Assembly (NCBI GenBank): GCA_047519495.1
Contig: JAPVSX010000323.1
Span: forward strand, 1 to 44,093
Reading direction: 5' to 3'
Source of the DNA: Armatimonadota bacterium
GTDB lineage: Bacteria; Sysuimicrobiota; Sysuimicrobiia; Sysuimicrobiales; Segetimicrobiaceae
DNA length: 44,093 nucleotides
The position numbers and the translations under genes were made by a program. Of the stretch, positions 7,821 to 16,386 are shown one piece after another. Under the pieces are notes generated by a model that was given only the letters and a program-made list of their open reading frames with translations, was not told the origin of the DNA and did not search any database. How positions within the stretch are numbered: position 1 is the stretch's first letter; every line of letters begins with the position of its first letter.

Positions 7821-9100
7821 ACCGCCGCCTGCGCCGGGGCCCGCCCGATCACGCCGCGCGGGTCGGTGATGCAGCCGTACAGGGCGCTGACCGCCACCGT
7901 CGCGGGGGAGGCGAGGAAGATCCCGGCCTCGGGGCTCCCCATCCGTCCCGGGAAGTTCCGATTGTGCGCGCCGATGCAGCGCTCGCCCGCCGCCAGCAGC
8001 CCTCCGTGCCCGCCGAAGCAGGGGCCGCAGCCGGTCGGGAGGAGTAGCGCGCCGGCGGCCAGCAGCGTCTCGAGCAGCCCTTCGCGCGCCGCCTCCTGCT
8101 CGATCTTCCGCGAAGCGGCTGCGACGAGGAGGCGCGTCTGCGGGTGGACGCGGCGCCCGGCAAGGATCCGCGCAGTGATCCGGAGGTCCTCCAGCCGCCC
8201 GTTCGTGCAGGAGCCGATGAACGCCTGGTCGATCGGGATGCCCTCGACCGCGCCGACGGGGCGCACGTTGTCGACGCCGTGCGGGAGCGCCACCTGCGGT
8301 TCGAGCGTCTCCAGCGGGATCGTGACGGTGCGCTCGTATCGAGCGTCGGGATCGGGCTCGAACGAACCGACGTCTGCGCCGCACCGGCGGAAGTGGGCGC
8401 GAGTCAGGTCGTCGGCGGGGAACAGGCCGAACTTCGCGCCCAGCTCGACGGCCATGTTCGCAATCGTCAGCCGGCCCGCGAGGTCGGAGGCCGCGGCCCC
8501 CGACCCCCCGAACTCGAGCGCCCGGTACTGCGCGCCGCCGGCGCCGAGCTGCCCGGCCAGCGCGAGGATGACGTCCTTCCACATGACGCCCTCGCCGAAC
8601 TGCCCGGCGAGCTCCACGCGGATCGTCGGCGGCACCTGGAGCCACAACTCGCCGGTCGCGAGCACGTACGCCATCTCCGAGGTGCCGATGCCCGTGCCGC
8701 CGACTCCAAGCGCGCCGGCGGTCGTCGTATGCGAGTCGGTGCCGAGGAGCAGCTCGCCGGGCCGGGCCAATCCCCGCTCGGCAACGAGTTGATGGCAGAT
8801 CCCCGACCCGGCGTCAAAAAAGTGGGCGACGCCGAATTCGCGCACGTGCCCCCGGATCCGGTGGTGCACCTGCGCGGCGGCCGCCGAGGGGGCGGGCACC
8901 AGGTGGTCGATCACGACGACCACGCGGGCACGGTCCCAGACCGACGAGAAACCCGCGCTGCGGAGCAGGCTGAAGACGCCGTCGGCGAAGATGTCGTGCA
9001 CAAGGGCCAGGTCGGCCCGGCCCACGACGAACTCACCCCGGGACACGGACGGACGACCGGAGGCGCGGGCGAGGATCTTCTCCGCCATCGTCATCCCCAT
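7817..9100 (-). CDS. leuC: 3-isopropylmalate dehydratase large subunit-like (aconitase family, LeuC/homoaconitase type)
   Basis: Track ORF 7817..9184 trimmed to ATG at 9100 (MGMTMAEKILARASG...), which has GGAGGG 8 nt upstream. Motifs LLGTDSHTTTAGALG, FIGSCTNGRLEDL and PTGCGPCFGGHGG provide the Fe-S cysteine contexts. Confidence 0.9.
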   Translation of the reverse strand: MGMTMAEKILARASGRPSVSRGEFVVGRADLALVHDIFADGVFSLLRSAGFSSVWDRARVVVVIDHLVPAPSAAAAQVHHRIRGHVREFGVAHFFDAGSGICHQLVAERGLARPGELLLGTDSHTTTAGALGVGGTGIGTSEMAYVLATGELWLQVPPTIRVELAGQFGEGVMWKDVILALAGQLGAGGAQYRALEFGGSGAAASDLAGRLTIANMAVELGAKFGLFPADDLTRAHFRRCGADVGSFEPDPDARYERTVTIPLETLEPQVALPHGVDNVRPVGAVEGIPIDQAFIGSCTNGRLEDLRITARILAGRRVHPQTRLLVAAASRKIEQEAAREGLLETLLAAGALLLPTGCGPCFGGHGGLLAAGERCIGAHNRNFPGRMGSPEAGIFLASPATVAVSALYGCITDPRGVIGRAPAQAAV

Positions 9101-9117
9101 CGGGCGGCCCTCCGACA

Positions 9118-9140
9118 GGCTGGAGAGGTCGCTCCCAGCC
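9118..9140 (-). promoter_or_regulatory. leader hairpin immediately 5' of the leuC-like Shine-Dalgarno
   Basis: On the plus strand, GGCTGGAGAG-gtcg-CTCCCAGCC forms 9 bp with one bulge. It lies 18-40 nt upstream of the start and abuts GGAGGG at 9108-9113. Confidence 0.3.
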
Positions 9141-9179
9141 GTCCGACCGGTTGGTTGGATCAACGATGGCTGATTCGCA

Positions 9180-9196
9180 GGCAATCGGCAATCGGC
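9180..9196. repeat. short tandem repeat GGCAATC x2.4 in the livF-1/leuC-like intergenic region
   Basis: Read directly: GGCAATC GGCAATC GGC (plus strand). A possible protein-binding direct repeat; function unknown. Confidence 0.5.
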
Positions 9197-9200
9197 CGAT

Positions 9201-9218
9201 CACATCATTTTTCTAGGG
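9201..9218 (-). promoter_or_regulatory. candidate -10 region / promoter for the leuC-like operon (AT-rich patch CTAGAAAAATGATGTG on the minus strand)
   Basis: This is the only AT-rich patch in the 191-nt gap between livF-1 and leuC-like, about 100-115 nt upstream of ATG 9100. TAGAAA resembles the TAGAAT box upstream of hpaB. No convincing -35 was found. Confidence 0.3.
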
Positions 9219-9291
9219 CGAATAGAGCATGCCCCGGCGGATAGGGCACACTCAGGTTCCCCCCGGCGGACCGCCGAGCGAGGCCGTCGGG

Positions 9292-10065
9292 TCAGACGCC
9301 CAAGTACTGGTGGCGGATCTCAGGTGCTGCGCGGAGGTCCTCCGGCCCCCCCTCAAAGACGACCCGTCCCTTGTTGAGCACGTAGATCCGGTCGGCGACG
9401 GCCAGAGCGAGCGCGAGGTTCTGCTCAACGAGCAGCACCCCCAGGCCCGTCTGCCGCATCTCCTCAAGGATCTCGCGGACGCGCGTGACAAACAGGGGCG
9501 CGAGCCCCTCCGTCGGCTCGTCCAAGATCACGAGACGCGGGCCCATCACGAGCGCGCGTCCGATCGCGAGCATCTGCTGCTCGCCGCCCGAGAGCAGGCC
9601 GCCCGGCTGCCCGGCCCGCTCCCGCAGCACGGGAAACCGCTCGTGCACCTGCTCGAGCGCCCATCCCCCCGGCCGGCAGGCCAGCGCGAGGTGCTGGCGC
9701 ACGCTCAGGTCGGGGAAGATGCCGCGCCCCTGCGGAACGAGGGCGATCCCGGCCCGGGCGATCCGGTGCGGCGGCTCACCCGCGATCTCGCGGCCGTCCA
9801 GCGCGATCGTGCCGGCTCGGGGTGGCGTGAACCCCATGATCGTGCGGACCGCCGTCGTCTTTCCCGCGCCGTTCCGCCCCAGGACGCAGGTTATCCGTCC
9901 ACGCTCGACCACGAGGCTGATCCCCTGCAGAACGTGCGACTCGCCATAGTAGGTGTGGACGTCCCCGAGCGCAAGGAGTGAACCTCGCGGCGCGGCGGCG
10001 CCGGCCCCGCCGAGGCCGGCGCCCTCGGACGCACGGCTCGTGTCGCGCGGGGAGGCCGGCGTCAT
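9292..10065 (-). CDS. livF: branched-chain amino acid-type (HAAT family) ABC transporter ATP-binding protein, LivF-like, copy 1
   Basis: 257-aa ORF with Walker A GRNGAGKTT, signature LSGGEQQMLAIGRAL, Walker B LVILDEPTEGLAP and C-terminal YLGV. ATGA overlap with livG at 10062-10065. Confidence 0.9.
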   Translation of the reverse strand: MTPASPRDTSRASEGAGLGGAGAAAPRGSLLALGDVHTYYGESHVLQGISLVVERGRITCVLGRNGAGKTTAVRTIMGFTPPRAGTIALDGREIAGEPPHRIARAGIALVPQGRGIFPDLSVRQHLALACRPGGWALEQVHERFPVLRERAGQPGGLLSGGEQQMLAIGRALVMGPRLVILDEPTEGLAPLFVTRVREILEEMRQTGLGVLLVEQNLALALAVADRIYVLNKGRVVFEGGPEDLRAAPEIRHQYLGV

Positions 10066-10820
10066 GCGCGCGCCGACGCTCCCGCGCCCAGGTAGACGTC
10101 CTGGACGCGCCCGTCGGCCCGCACCGCGTCCGGCGTGCCGGAGGCCAGCACCTCGCCGAGGTGCAGGACCGTGATCCGATCGGCGAGCGCGAACACGACG
10201 TCCATGTCGTGCTCGATCACGACGAGGGTCTGATCCCGCCCGAGCCGGGACAGGAGCGAAGTCATCCGGGCGGTCTCGGCCGGGGACATGCCCGCGGTGG
10301 GCTCGTCGAGGAGCACGACCCGCGGCCTGCCGGCGAGCGCGAGGGCCACTTCGAGCTGCCGCTGCTCGCCGTAGGAGAGGACGCGCGCGGGAACGCCGTC
10401 CCGGCCCTCGAGCCCCATCCGGCCAAGGAGCGCCAGGGCCTCGTCGCGGAGGTGGGTCAGGCGGGCGGCGGGCGTGAACAACCGGCGCGTGGCGGAGGTG
10501 AGGGCCTGGAGGGCGAGCCGGACGTTTTCCAGGGCGGTGAGGTTGAGCAGCAGGTTGTTGCGCTGAAACGTGCGGGCCAGGCCCAGCGCCGCGATCCGGT
10601 GCGTGGGGAGCCCCGTGATGGCGTGATCGCCGAGGCGCACGCGCCCCGAGGTCGCCCGCAGCTCTCCGCTGATGATGTTGAACAGCGTCGTCTTGCCCGC
10701 GCCGTTCGGCCCGATGATCGCCCGGCGCTCGCCCGCCTCGACCGCGAGGGAGACATCGCGGAGGGCCACGATGCCCCCGAAGCGCCGCCCCAGGTGCTCG
10801 GTTACGAGGAGCGCGCCCAT
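10062..10820 (-). CDS. livG: HAAT-family ABC transporter ATP-binding protein, LivG-like, copy 1
   Basis: C-terminal 252 aa of track ORF 10062..11354: MGALLVTEHLGRRFGGIVALRDVSL...GPNGAGKTTLFN...LSYGEQRQLEVALAL...LLLDEPTAGMSP. ATG at 10820. Confidence 0.9.
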   Translation of the reverse strand: MGALLVTEHLGRRFGGIVALRDVSLAVEAGERRAIIGPNGAGKTTLFNIISGELRATSGRVRLGDHAITGLPTHRIAALGLARTFQRNNLLLNLTALENVRLALQALTSATRRLFTPAARLTHLRDEALALLGRMGLEGRDGVPARVLSYGEQRQLEVALALAGRPRVVLLDEPTAGMSPAETARMTSLLSRLGRDQTLVVIEHDMDVVFALADRITVLHLGEVLASGTPDAVRADGRVQDVYLGAGASARA

Positions 10821-11725
10821 CGCCCTGTGATGAGCCCCACGAGTCCCTGAGGGGCGGCCAGCACGACGAGGATGAACGCGGCCCCGAGGATCAACGTCCA
10901 CCGCTCGGTGTACGAGCTGGCCAGGTTCTGCAGCAGGAGCACCACCGCGGCCCCGAGGGCGGGACCCGCCAGCGTGCCGGCGCCGCCCAGGAGCACCATG
11001 ATGAGGACCTGCCCCGAGCTCGTCCAGTACAGCACCTCCGGCGAGACGAACCCGTTGTAGTACGCGTACAGGACGCCGCTCAGCCCGGCCGCCGCCCCGG
11101 CGATCACGAACGCGCCGAGCTTGAGCCGGAACGTGTCGAAGCCCATCGCCCGCATTCGCGACTCGTTCTCCCGGATGCCCACCAGCGCCGCCCCGAACGG
11201 GGAGGCGGCGATGCGCCGGAGCAGGACCGCCGCGGCCACGAACAGGACGAACACGAGGTAGTAGAAGGGCGCCGCCGCGCCGAGGTCCAGCCCGGGGAGG
11301 GCCGGCCGGGATACCCCCGACAGCCCGTTCGTGCCTCCGGTGACGGCCGCCCACTGATGCGCGACGGCGAACGCCATCTGCGCGAACGCGAGGGTGAGCA
11401 TCAGGAAGTACACGCCAGCGGCGCGCAGCGCGAACACGCCGACGAGGAGCGCGGCCGCCGCTCCCGCCGCGACCCCCGCGGGGAGGGTCAGGGCCAGGGC
11501 CGTGCTCCCGTGGGTGCTGAGGAGGCCGACCGCGTACGCCGCGATCCCGAAGAACGCGGCATGGCCGAGCGAGACGAGGCCCGTGTAGCCCACGAGCAGG
11601 TCCAGGCTCATCGCGAAGATCGCGAAGATCAGGATCTCGGTCAGCGTCGCCGTCACGTACCGGGAGAGCCCGAGCGGCGCAAGGGCGAGGACGACCGCGG
11701 CCAGCGGCCAGGCGGCGCGCCTCAC
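10802..11725 (-). CDS. livM: HAAT-family ABC transporter permease, LivM-like, copy 1
   Basis: C-terminal 307 aa of track ORF 10802..12349. It is hydrophobic with multiple transmembrane segments: LTEILIFAIFAMSLDLLVGYTGLVSLGHAAFFGIAAY...GIRENESRMRAMGF. GTG at 11725 overlaps the livH stop (GTGA). Confidence 0.88.
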   Translation of the reverse strand: MRRAAWPLAAVVLALAPLGLSRYVTATLTEILIFAIFAMSLDLLVGYTGLVSLGHAAFFGIAAYAVGLLSTHGSTALALTLPAGVAAGAAAALLVGVFALRAAGVYFLMLTLAFAQMAFAVAHQWAAVTGGTNGLSGVSRPALPGLDLGAAAPFYYLVFVLFVAAAVLLRRIAASPFGAALVGIRENESRMRAMGFDTFRLKLGAFVIAGAAAGLSGVLYAYYNGFVSPEVLYWTSSGQVLIMVLLGGAGTLAGPALGAAVVLLLQNLASSYTERWTLILGAAFILVVLAAPQGLVGLITGRWARSS

Positions 11726-12585
11726 CGGCTCCGCCCCCCGAACAGCCCCCGCGGCCGGACGAGGAGCACCGCGGCCATCACCAGGTAGATCACGACGAGC
11801 GCCGCCTGCGGCAGGAGCGTCTTGCCGAACGTTTCGGCCTCGCCGATGAGGAGGCTCCCCCAGAACGACCCGCCGAGCGTGCCCAGGCCGCCGACCACCA
11901 CGACGATCAGCGTGACGATGAGCGTCTCGAAGTCGATGCCGGGGAATACGCCCTGGATCGGGGCCGCGACGACGCCCGCGAGCCCGGCCAGCGCCGTCCC
12001 GAACGCGAACACGCCGGTGAACACGGCGGCGATGTTGATCCCGAGCGCCTGCGTCATCTCCTTGTTGGCGACGCCCGCCCGGACGACCGCCCCGAGGCGG
12101 GTGCGGCTGAGGCCGAGCCACAGGCCGAGGGCGAGGGCCCCGCCGAGGGCGATCACGAACAGGCGGTAGGCCGGAAACAGCGTGCCCAGCATCGGGATCG
12201 AGCGGTCCAGGCCCGCCGGCGCCGCAAGCGACTGCACGTCGGCGCCCCACAGCCACCGGATGATGTCGCTGAGCACGAACGCGAACCCGAACGTGAGCAG
12301 GATCTGATCCAGGTGCGTGCGCCGGTAGAGCGGGCGGAGGAACTCCCACTCGAGCAGAAACCCGCCGGCGGCCGCAAGGAGCGGGACGATCACCACGGCG
12401 GCCCAGAACGATCCCGTCCAGCGCACGAGGGAGAGACCGAGGTAGGCGCCCAGCATGTAGAAGCCGCCGTGCGCCAGATTGACGACGTCCATCAGCCCGA
12501 AGATCAGCGACAGCCCCGCCGCCAGCAGGAACAGCAGCATGCTGTACGCGAGGCCGTTGAGGGCCTGGAGGACGTAGAACGTCAC
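11722..12585 (-). CDS. livH: HAAT-family ABC transporter permease, LivH-like, copy 1
   Basis: 287-aa ORF MTFYVLQALNGLAYSMLLFLLAAGLSLIFGLMDVVNLAHGGFYMLGAY..., a typical LivH N-terminus with multiple transmembrane segments. Confidence 0.9.
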   Translation of the reverse strand: MTFYVLQALNGLAYSMLLFLLAAGLSLIFGLMDVVNLAHGGFYMLGAYLGLSLVRWTGSFWAAVVIVPLLAAAGGFLLEWEFLRPLYRRTHLDQILLTFGFAFVLSDIIRWLWGADVQSLAAPAGLDRSIPMLGTLFPAYRLFVIALGGALALGLWLGLSRTRLGAVVRAGVANKEMTQALGINIAAVFTGVFAFGTALAGLAGVVAAPIQGVFPGIDFETLIVTLIVVVVGGLGTLGGSFWGSLLIGEAETFGKTLLPQAALVVIYLVMAAVLLVRPRGLFGGRSR

Positions 12586-12679
12586 AGCCTAGCGGGCCCC
12601 GCTCACGCCAGCTCCATGCCCGTGCAGCCTGTCAACAAGTCTGACGCGCGTCCCTGTTGGGGCGCGGGGCGATGCGCCA

Positions 12680-13939
12680 CTATTTGCCCGGGTCGGCGAT
12701 TCGACCCAGGTTCTCGAACACCACGTTCGCGATATTCTTGCCGACCTGCCGCACCTGCCGGACGTAGATCGTCTGAACCACGTTGTGTGTGTCTGGATCG
12801 AACTCGAATGCTCCGCGCGGGCTCGCAAACTTGACGGCGGCCAGCGCCTCGGTCAGCTTGGCCTTGTCGCTCGCGTCGCCGTTGGTGCGGTTGAGCGCCT
12901 CCACGATCACGCGCGCCGCGTCGAACCCCTGCATCGCGAACACGCTCGCGTCCCGCTTGAACCGGTCCCTATAGGTCCGCGTGAACGCCAGGTTCTCGGG
13001 GTTCTGGAGGGTGAGCGCCCAGTGGAGGGGGCTGTAGATGCCGAGCGCATTCGTCCCTTCGGCCGGCAGCACGTCCTGCTCGACCATGAACCCCGCCCCG
13101 GTCGTCCGGCTGGACTTCGTCAGCCCGTACTGGACGGCCTGGGCGACAAACCGCACCGCGTCGCTCCCGCTGTAAAAGTTGTACGTTGCCTCCGGGTTCA
13201 TCTTCTGAACCTGGGTGATGTAGGGCGCGTAGTCGGTATTGTTGAGCGGCGGGTACACCTCCCCGAGGACCTTGCCGCCGGCGGGGACGAACGACTCCTT
13301 GAACGCCGCGATCGACTCCGTCCCGAAGCCGTAGTTGGCCGCGGTGAGGGCGGCCTCGCGCGCCACGTTCGAGTAGAACCACTTCCCGAACGGGTAGCTC
13401 ACCTGCCAGGACGTGAACGAGACCCGGAAGATGTACGGACTCTTCCGCGCCCTGGTCAGCAGATTGCCCCCGGCGTTGCTGACGATCAGGTGCGTCTTGG
13501 AGTTGTGGACGATGTCGCGGATCGCGTAGGCGGTGGCGGTGCTGACGATGCCGGTCATGAGGTCCACCTGATCGCCCTCGATCAACTTCCGCGCTTTGCG
13601 CAGGCCGACCTGGGGGTCGATCTCCTCGTCCTCGCGGATCCACGTGATCCGGCGGCCGCCCCCCGTCCACTTGACGCTGTCGAAGTACAGCATCATCGCG
13701 TCCGTGATGTCCTCGCCGAGCTGCCCGTAGACCTTGGAGTACGAGACGAGGAGGCCGACCTTCACCGGCTCCGCGGCGAGCACGGCCGGCACGCCGAACC
13801 GGCCCGCCCGCGTCCCGCTGCCGAGGCGCACGCCGGCCGCCAGCGCCGCCCCGCCGATCGCCGCCTTCCCGAGGAACTGCCGCCGCGTGATGCGTGGTGC
13901 CGTCCCCGCCCGTCTGGGCGTCCTCCGAGCCGGTGCCAT
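12680..13939 (-). CDS. livK: ABC transporter substrate-binding protein, LivK / type-1 periplasmic binding fold; twin-arginine-like signal; ligand unknown
   Basis: Track ORF 12680..13954. ATG at 13939 gives MAPARRTPRRAGTAPRITRRQFLGKAAIGGAALAAG (a TRRQFL Tat-like motif), followed by VKVGLLVSYSKVYGQLGEDI... with a PBP1 pattern. The start is uncertain (GTG at 13954 is the alternative). Confidence 0.85.
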   Translation of the reverse strand: MAPARRTPRRAGTAPRITRRQFLGKAAIGGAALAAGVRLGSGTRAGRFGVPAVLAAEPVKVGLLVSYSKVYGQLGEDITDAMMLYFDSVKWTGGGRRITWIREDEEIDPQVGLRKARKLIEGDQVDLMTGIVSTATAYAIRDIVHNSKTHLIVSNAGGNLLTRARKSPYIFRVSFTSWQVSYPFGKWFYSNVAREAALTAANYGFGTESIAAFKESFVPAGGKVLGEVYPPLNNTDYAPYITQVQKMNPEATYNFYSGSDAVRFVAQAVQYGLTKSSRTTGAGFMVEQDVLPAEGTNALGIYSPLHWALTLQNPENLAFTRTYRDRFKRDASVFAMQGFDAARVIVEALNRTNGDASDKAKLTEALAAVKFASPRGAFEFDPDTHNVVQTIYVRQVRQVGKNIANVVFENLGRIADPGK

Positions 13940-13955
13940 CCTCCCACCCCCCACG

Positions 13956-15326
13956 TTAGTCGACGTGCACGACCCGTCTTGCCTTCAGCTCGAACCGCGG
14001 CAGCATGCCCGCCGCCACCGTGTCGGTCTCGATCCGGATGCCGCAGGCCAGCCGCAGCTGCTCGCGGAGCTCCCCGAGGGTGCGGGCAACCGTCTCCGCG
14101 CCGTGGCGCCCGGCGTCCACCTCCACCACCACGCGCAGGTCGGCCATCTCCGCCCGCCGCCGCACCTCGATCCGGAACTCGTCCACGCACTCGAACCGGC
14201 GGACGACGTCTTCGATCACGCTGGGAAACACGTTCATGCCGCGGACGACCAGCATGTCGTCGGCGCGGCCGAGGATCCCGCCGCGCATCCGCGCAAACGT
14301 GCGCCCGCAGGCGCACTGCTCGGCGGTCAGCCGCACGCGGTCCCCGGTGCGGTAGCGGATCACCGGGGAGCCATCGCGCCCGAGGTTGGTCAGGACGAGC
14401 TCGCCTTCGCCGTCGGGTGCGACGCGCCCGGTCGCGGGATCCAGGACCTCCGCGATGAACTCGCTCTCGTTCAGGTGCACCTCCCCGGCGGGGCAGGTGA
14501 ACCCGGTCGCCCCCACCTCGGTGAGCCCGGTGTGGTCGACGCAGCGCGCCCCCCAGGCGGCTTCGATCCGCCGGCGGGTCGCCGGGATGCTGGCCCCGGG
14601 CTCGCCCGCGTGGATCGTGACCCGGACCCCGAGCGCGGCGGCCTCGATCCCGGCCGCGCGTGCGACCTCGGCGAGCCGCAGGGCGTACGAGGGCGTGCCC
14701 ACCAGCACGGTGGGCCGGGTCTCCTGGAGCATCCGCACCCGAAGCTGGGAGTCGAGCCCTCCGCCGGGAATCGCGAGGGCGCCGATCCGCCGGGCGGCGT
14801 CGAATGCCGCCCAGAACCCGATGAACGGCCCGAACGAGAACGCGAAGAAGATCCGGTCCCCGGCGCCGACGCCCGCGGCACGGTAGACGAACGCCCAGCA
14901 GCGGAGCCACCACTCCCACGACTCGACTGTGTCGAGCCACCGGAGCGGCCGCCCGGTCGTCCCCGAGGTCTGGTGGAGGCGCACGTAGCGGTCGAGCGGA
15001 TAGGTGAGATCCGTCCCGAACGGCGGGTGCTCCGCCTGATCGCGGACCAGTTCGGCCTTCGTGGTGAAAGGGAGCCGCCGGAACTCGTCCCAGCCCCGGA
15101 GCGTCCCGGCGTCGCGCACGCGGGCCGCCGCCCACTTCTTCCCGTAGAAGGCGTTGCTCTCGAGGACCCGGGCGAACATCGGCGCGAACCGCTGCCACTG
15201 GTACTGGACGAGGCCGTTCCGGGCCATCGTCTCGCGCGTCCGGTCGGCGAACAGCGCGGGGTCGTCCGCGCGGTGCCCGGCTATTGGGTCTATCCCCTTG
15301 CTCACCTGCTCCTGTCTCTCCCTCAA
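13956..15326 (-). CDS. phenylacetate-CoA ligase / coenzyme F390 synthetase family protein (PaaK-like), copy 2
   Basis: 456-aa ORF: LHQTSGTTGRPL...GTPSYALRLAE...YRTGDRV...GRADDMLVVRGMNVFPSVIE. The track start at 15326 is TTG. GTG at 15305 with AGGAG 3 nt upstream is the alternative. Confidence 0.88.
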   Translation of the reverse strand: MRERQEQVSKGIDPIAGHRADDPALFADRTRETMARNGLVQYQWQRFAPMFARVLESNAFYGKKWAAARVRDAGTLRGWDEFRRLPFTTKAELVRDQAEHPPFGTDLTYPLDRYVRLHQTSGTTGRPLRWLDTVESWEWWLRCWAFVYRAAGVGAGDRIFFAFSFGPFIGFWAAFDAARRIGALAIPGGGLDSQLRVRMLQETRPTVLVGTPSYALRLAEVARAAGIEAAALGVRVTIHAGEPGASIPATRRRIEAAWGARCVDHTGLTEVGATGFTCPAGEVHLNESEFIAEVLDPATGRVAPDGEGELVLTNLGRDGSPVIRYRTGDRVRLTAEQCACGRTFARMRGGILGRADDMLVVRGMNVFPSVIEDVVRRFECVDEFRIEVRRRAEMADLRVVVEVDAGRHGAETVARTLGELREQLRLACGIRIETDTVAAGMLPRFELKARRVVHVD

Positions 15327-15355
15327 CGGCGTGTCCTCACGGGAGTGTCACGCTC

Positions 15356-15370
15356 ACGACATGATGTCAT
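15356..15370. promoter_or_regulatory. palindrome ACGACAT-G-ATGTCAT (core GACATgATGTC perfect) upstream of paaK-like copy 2
   Basis: Lies in the relatively AT-rich 116-nt gap 15327-15442, 30-65 nt upstream of the candidate starts of the PaaK-like gene. TGTCA recurs at 15346-15350. Confidence 0.3.
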
Positions 15371-15442
15371 GCCCTACTCGTCCTCCGATATCCTTCCACA
15401 CAGGAATCCTGAGCTTCTGTCGTGGAGAATGATTGGAGGAAG

Positions 15443-16318
15443 TCACACCGCGTGCTCCGCGTCCAGGATCCGCCGTACCGCGTCTGCCTCGGGCGCGAGC
15501 GGCTCCGCCGCGAGCGGCGACGGGCGGAAGCGCTTGAGCCGCGCGTCGAACGGGCGGACCGGCGCCCGGTAGACGAGCCCCACGACCTCCGCGTCCCGGG
15601 TCATCACCGCCTCGACGGCGCGCGCCCGGTCGTCAGCGCGGTACGCGGGGTCCTCGTCCAGGTTCACTAGGCGCGCGCGCCACCACGGGTACGTGTGAAC
15701 GCGGTCGTAGGTCGGGCACGGGCTGAACACGTTCACGAGCGCAAACCCGCGGTGCCGGATGCCCCCTTCGATGAGCCGCCCGAGCTGAGGGACGTCGCTG
15801 CTGACGCCCTGGGCGAGGTACGTGATCCCCGACGCGAGCGCCAGGCGCAGCGGGCGGATCGGTTCCTCGGCTGCCCCGGCCGGCGAGGACGGGGTGACCG
15901 TGCCCGTTGCCGTGGTCGGCGAGGTCTGGCCTTTGGTGTTGCCGTACACCCCGTTGTCCATCACGACGTACGTGAGGTCCACGTCACGCCGGATCGCGTG
16001 GATCAGGTGGTTCAGGCCGATCCCATACCCGTCGCCGTCCCCGCCGGCGGCGACCACCGTGAGGTCGCGGTTGGCCAGCTTGACGCCGGTCGCGATCGGC
16101 AGCGTCCGCCCGTGGTGCACGTGAAAGCCGTAGGACGAGAAGTAGGACGTGATCTTGCCCGAGCAGCCGATCCCCGAGACGAGCACGATCCGGTGCGGCG
16201 CGAGACCGAGGCGGGCGCAGGCTTCCTGGAGCGCGCGGAGGACCGCGAAGTCCCCGCACCCCGGGCACCACGTGGCCTTCTGAGCGGCAAAGTCTTTGTG
16301 CGTCAGCGCCGTCGCCAT
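15443..16318 (-). CDS. 2-oxoacid:ferredoxin (acceptor) oxidoreductase beta/TPP-binding subunit, copy 2
   Basis: C-terminal 291 aa of track ORF 15443..16750: MATALTHKDFAAQKATWCPGCGDFAVL...GIGCSGK...VVAAGGDGDGYGIGLNHLIHAIRR. ATG at 16318. Confidence 0.9.
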   Translation of the reverse strand: MATALTHKDFAAQKATWCPGCGDFAVLRALQEACARLGLAPHRIVLVSGIGCSGKITSYFSSYGFHVHHGRTLPIATGVKLANRDLTVVAAGGDGDGYGIGLNHLIHAIRRDVDLTYVVMDNGVYGNTKGQTSPTTATGTVTPSSPAGAAEEPIRPLRLALASGITYLAQGVSSDVPQLGRLIEGGIRHRGFALVNVFSPCPTYDRVHTYPWWRARLVNLDEDPAYRADDRARAVEAVMTRDAEVVGLVYRAPVRPFDARLKRFRPSPLAAEPLAPEADAVRRILDAEHAV

Positions 16319-16386
16319 GGCTCTCCCCGGCCAGTCCGATCTCTCATCCCAGGCGTCCTTCTCCGCACATCTCAATCGGCGATAGC

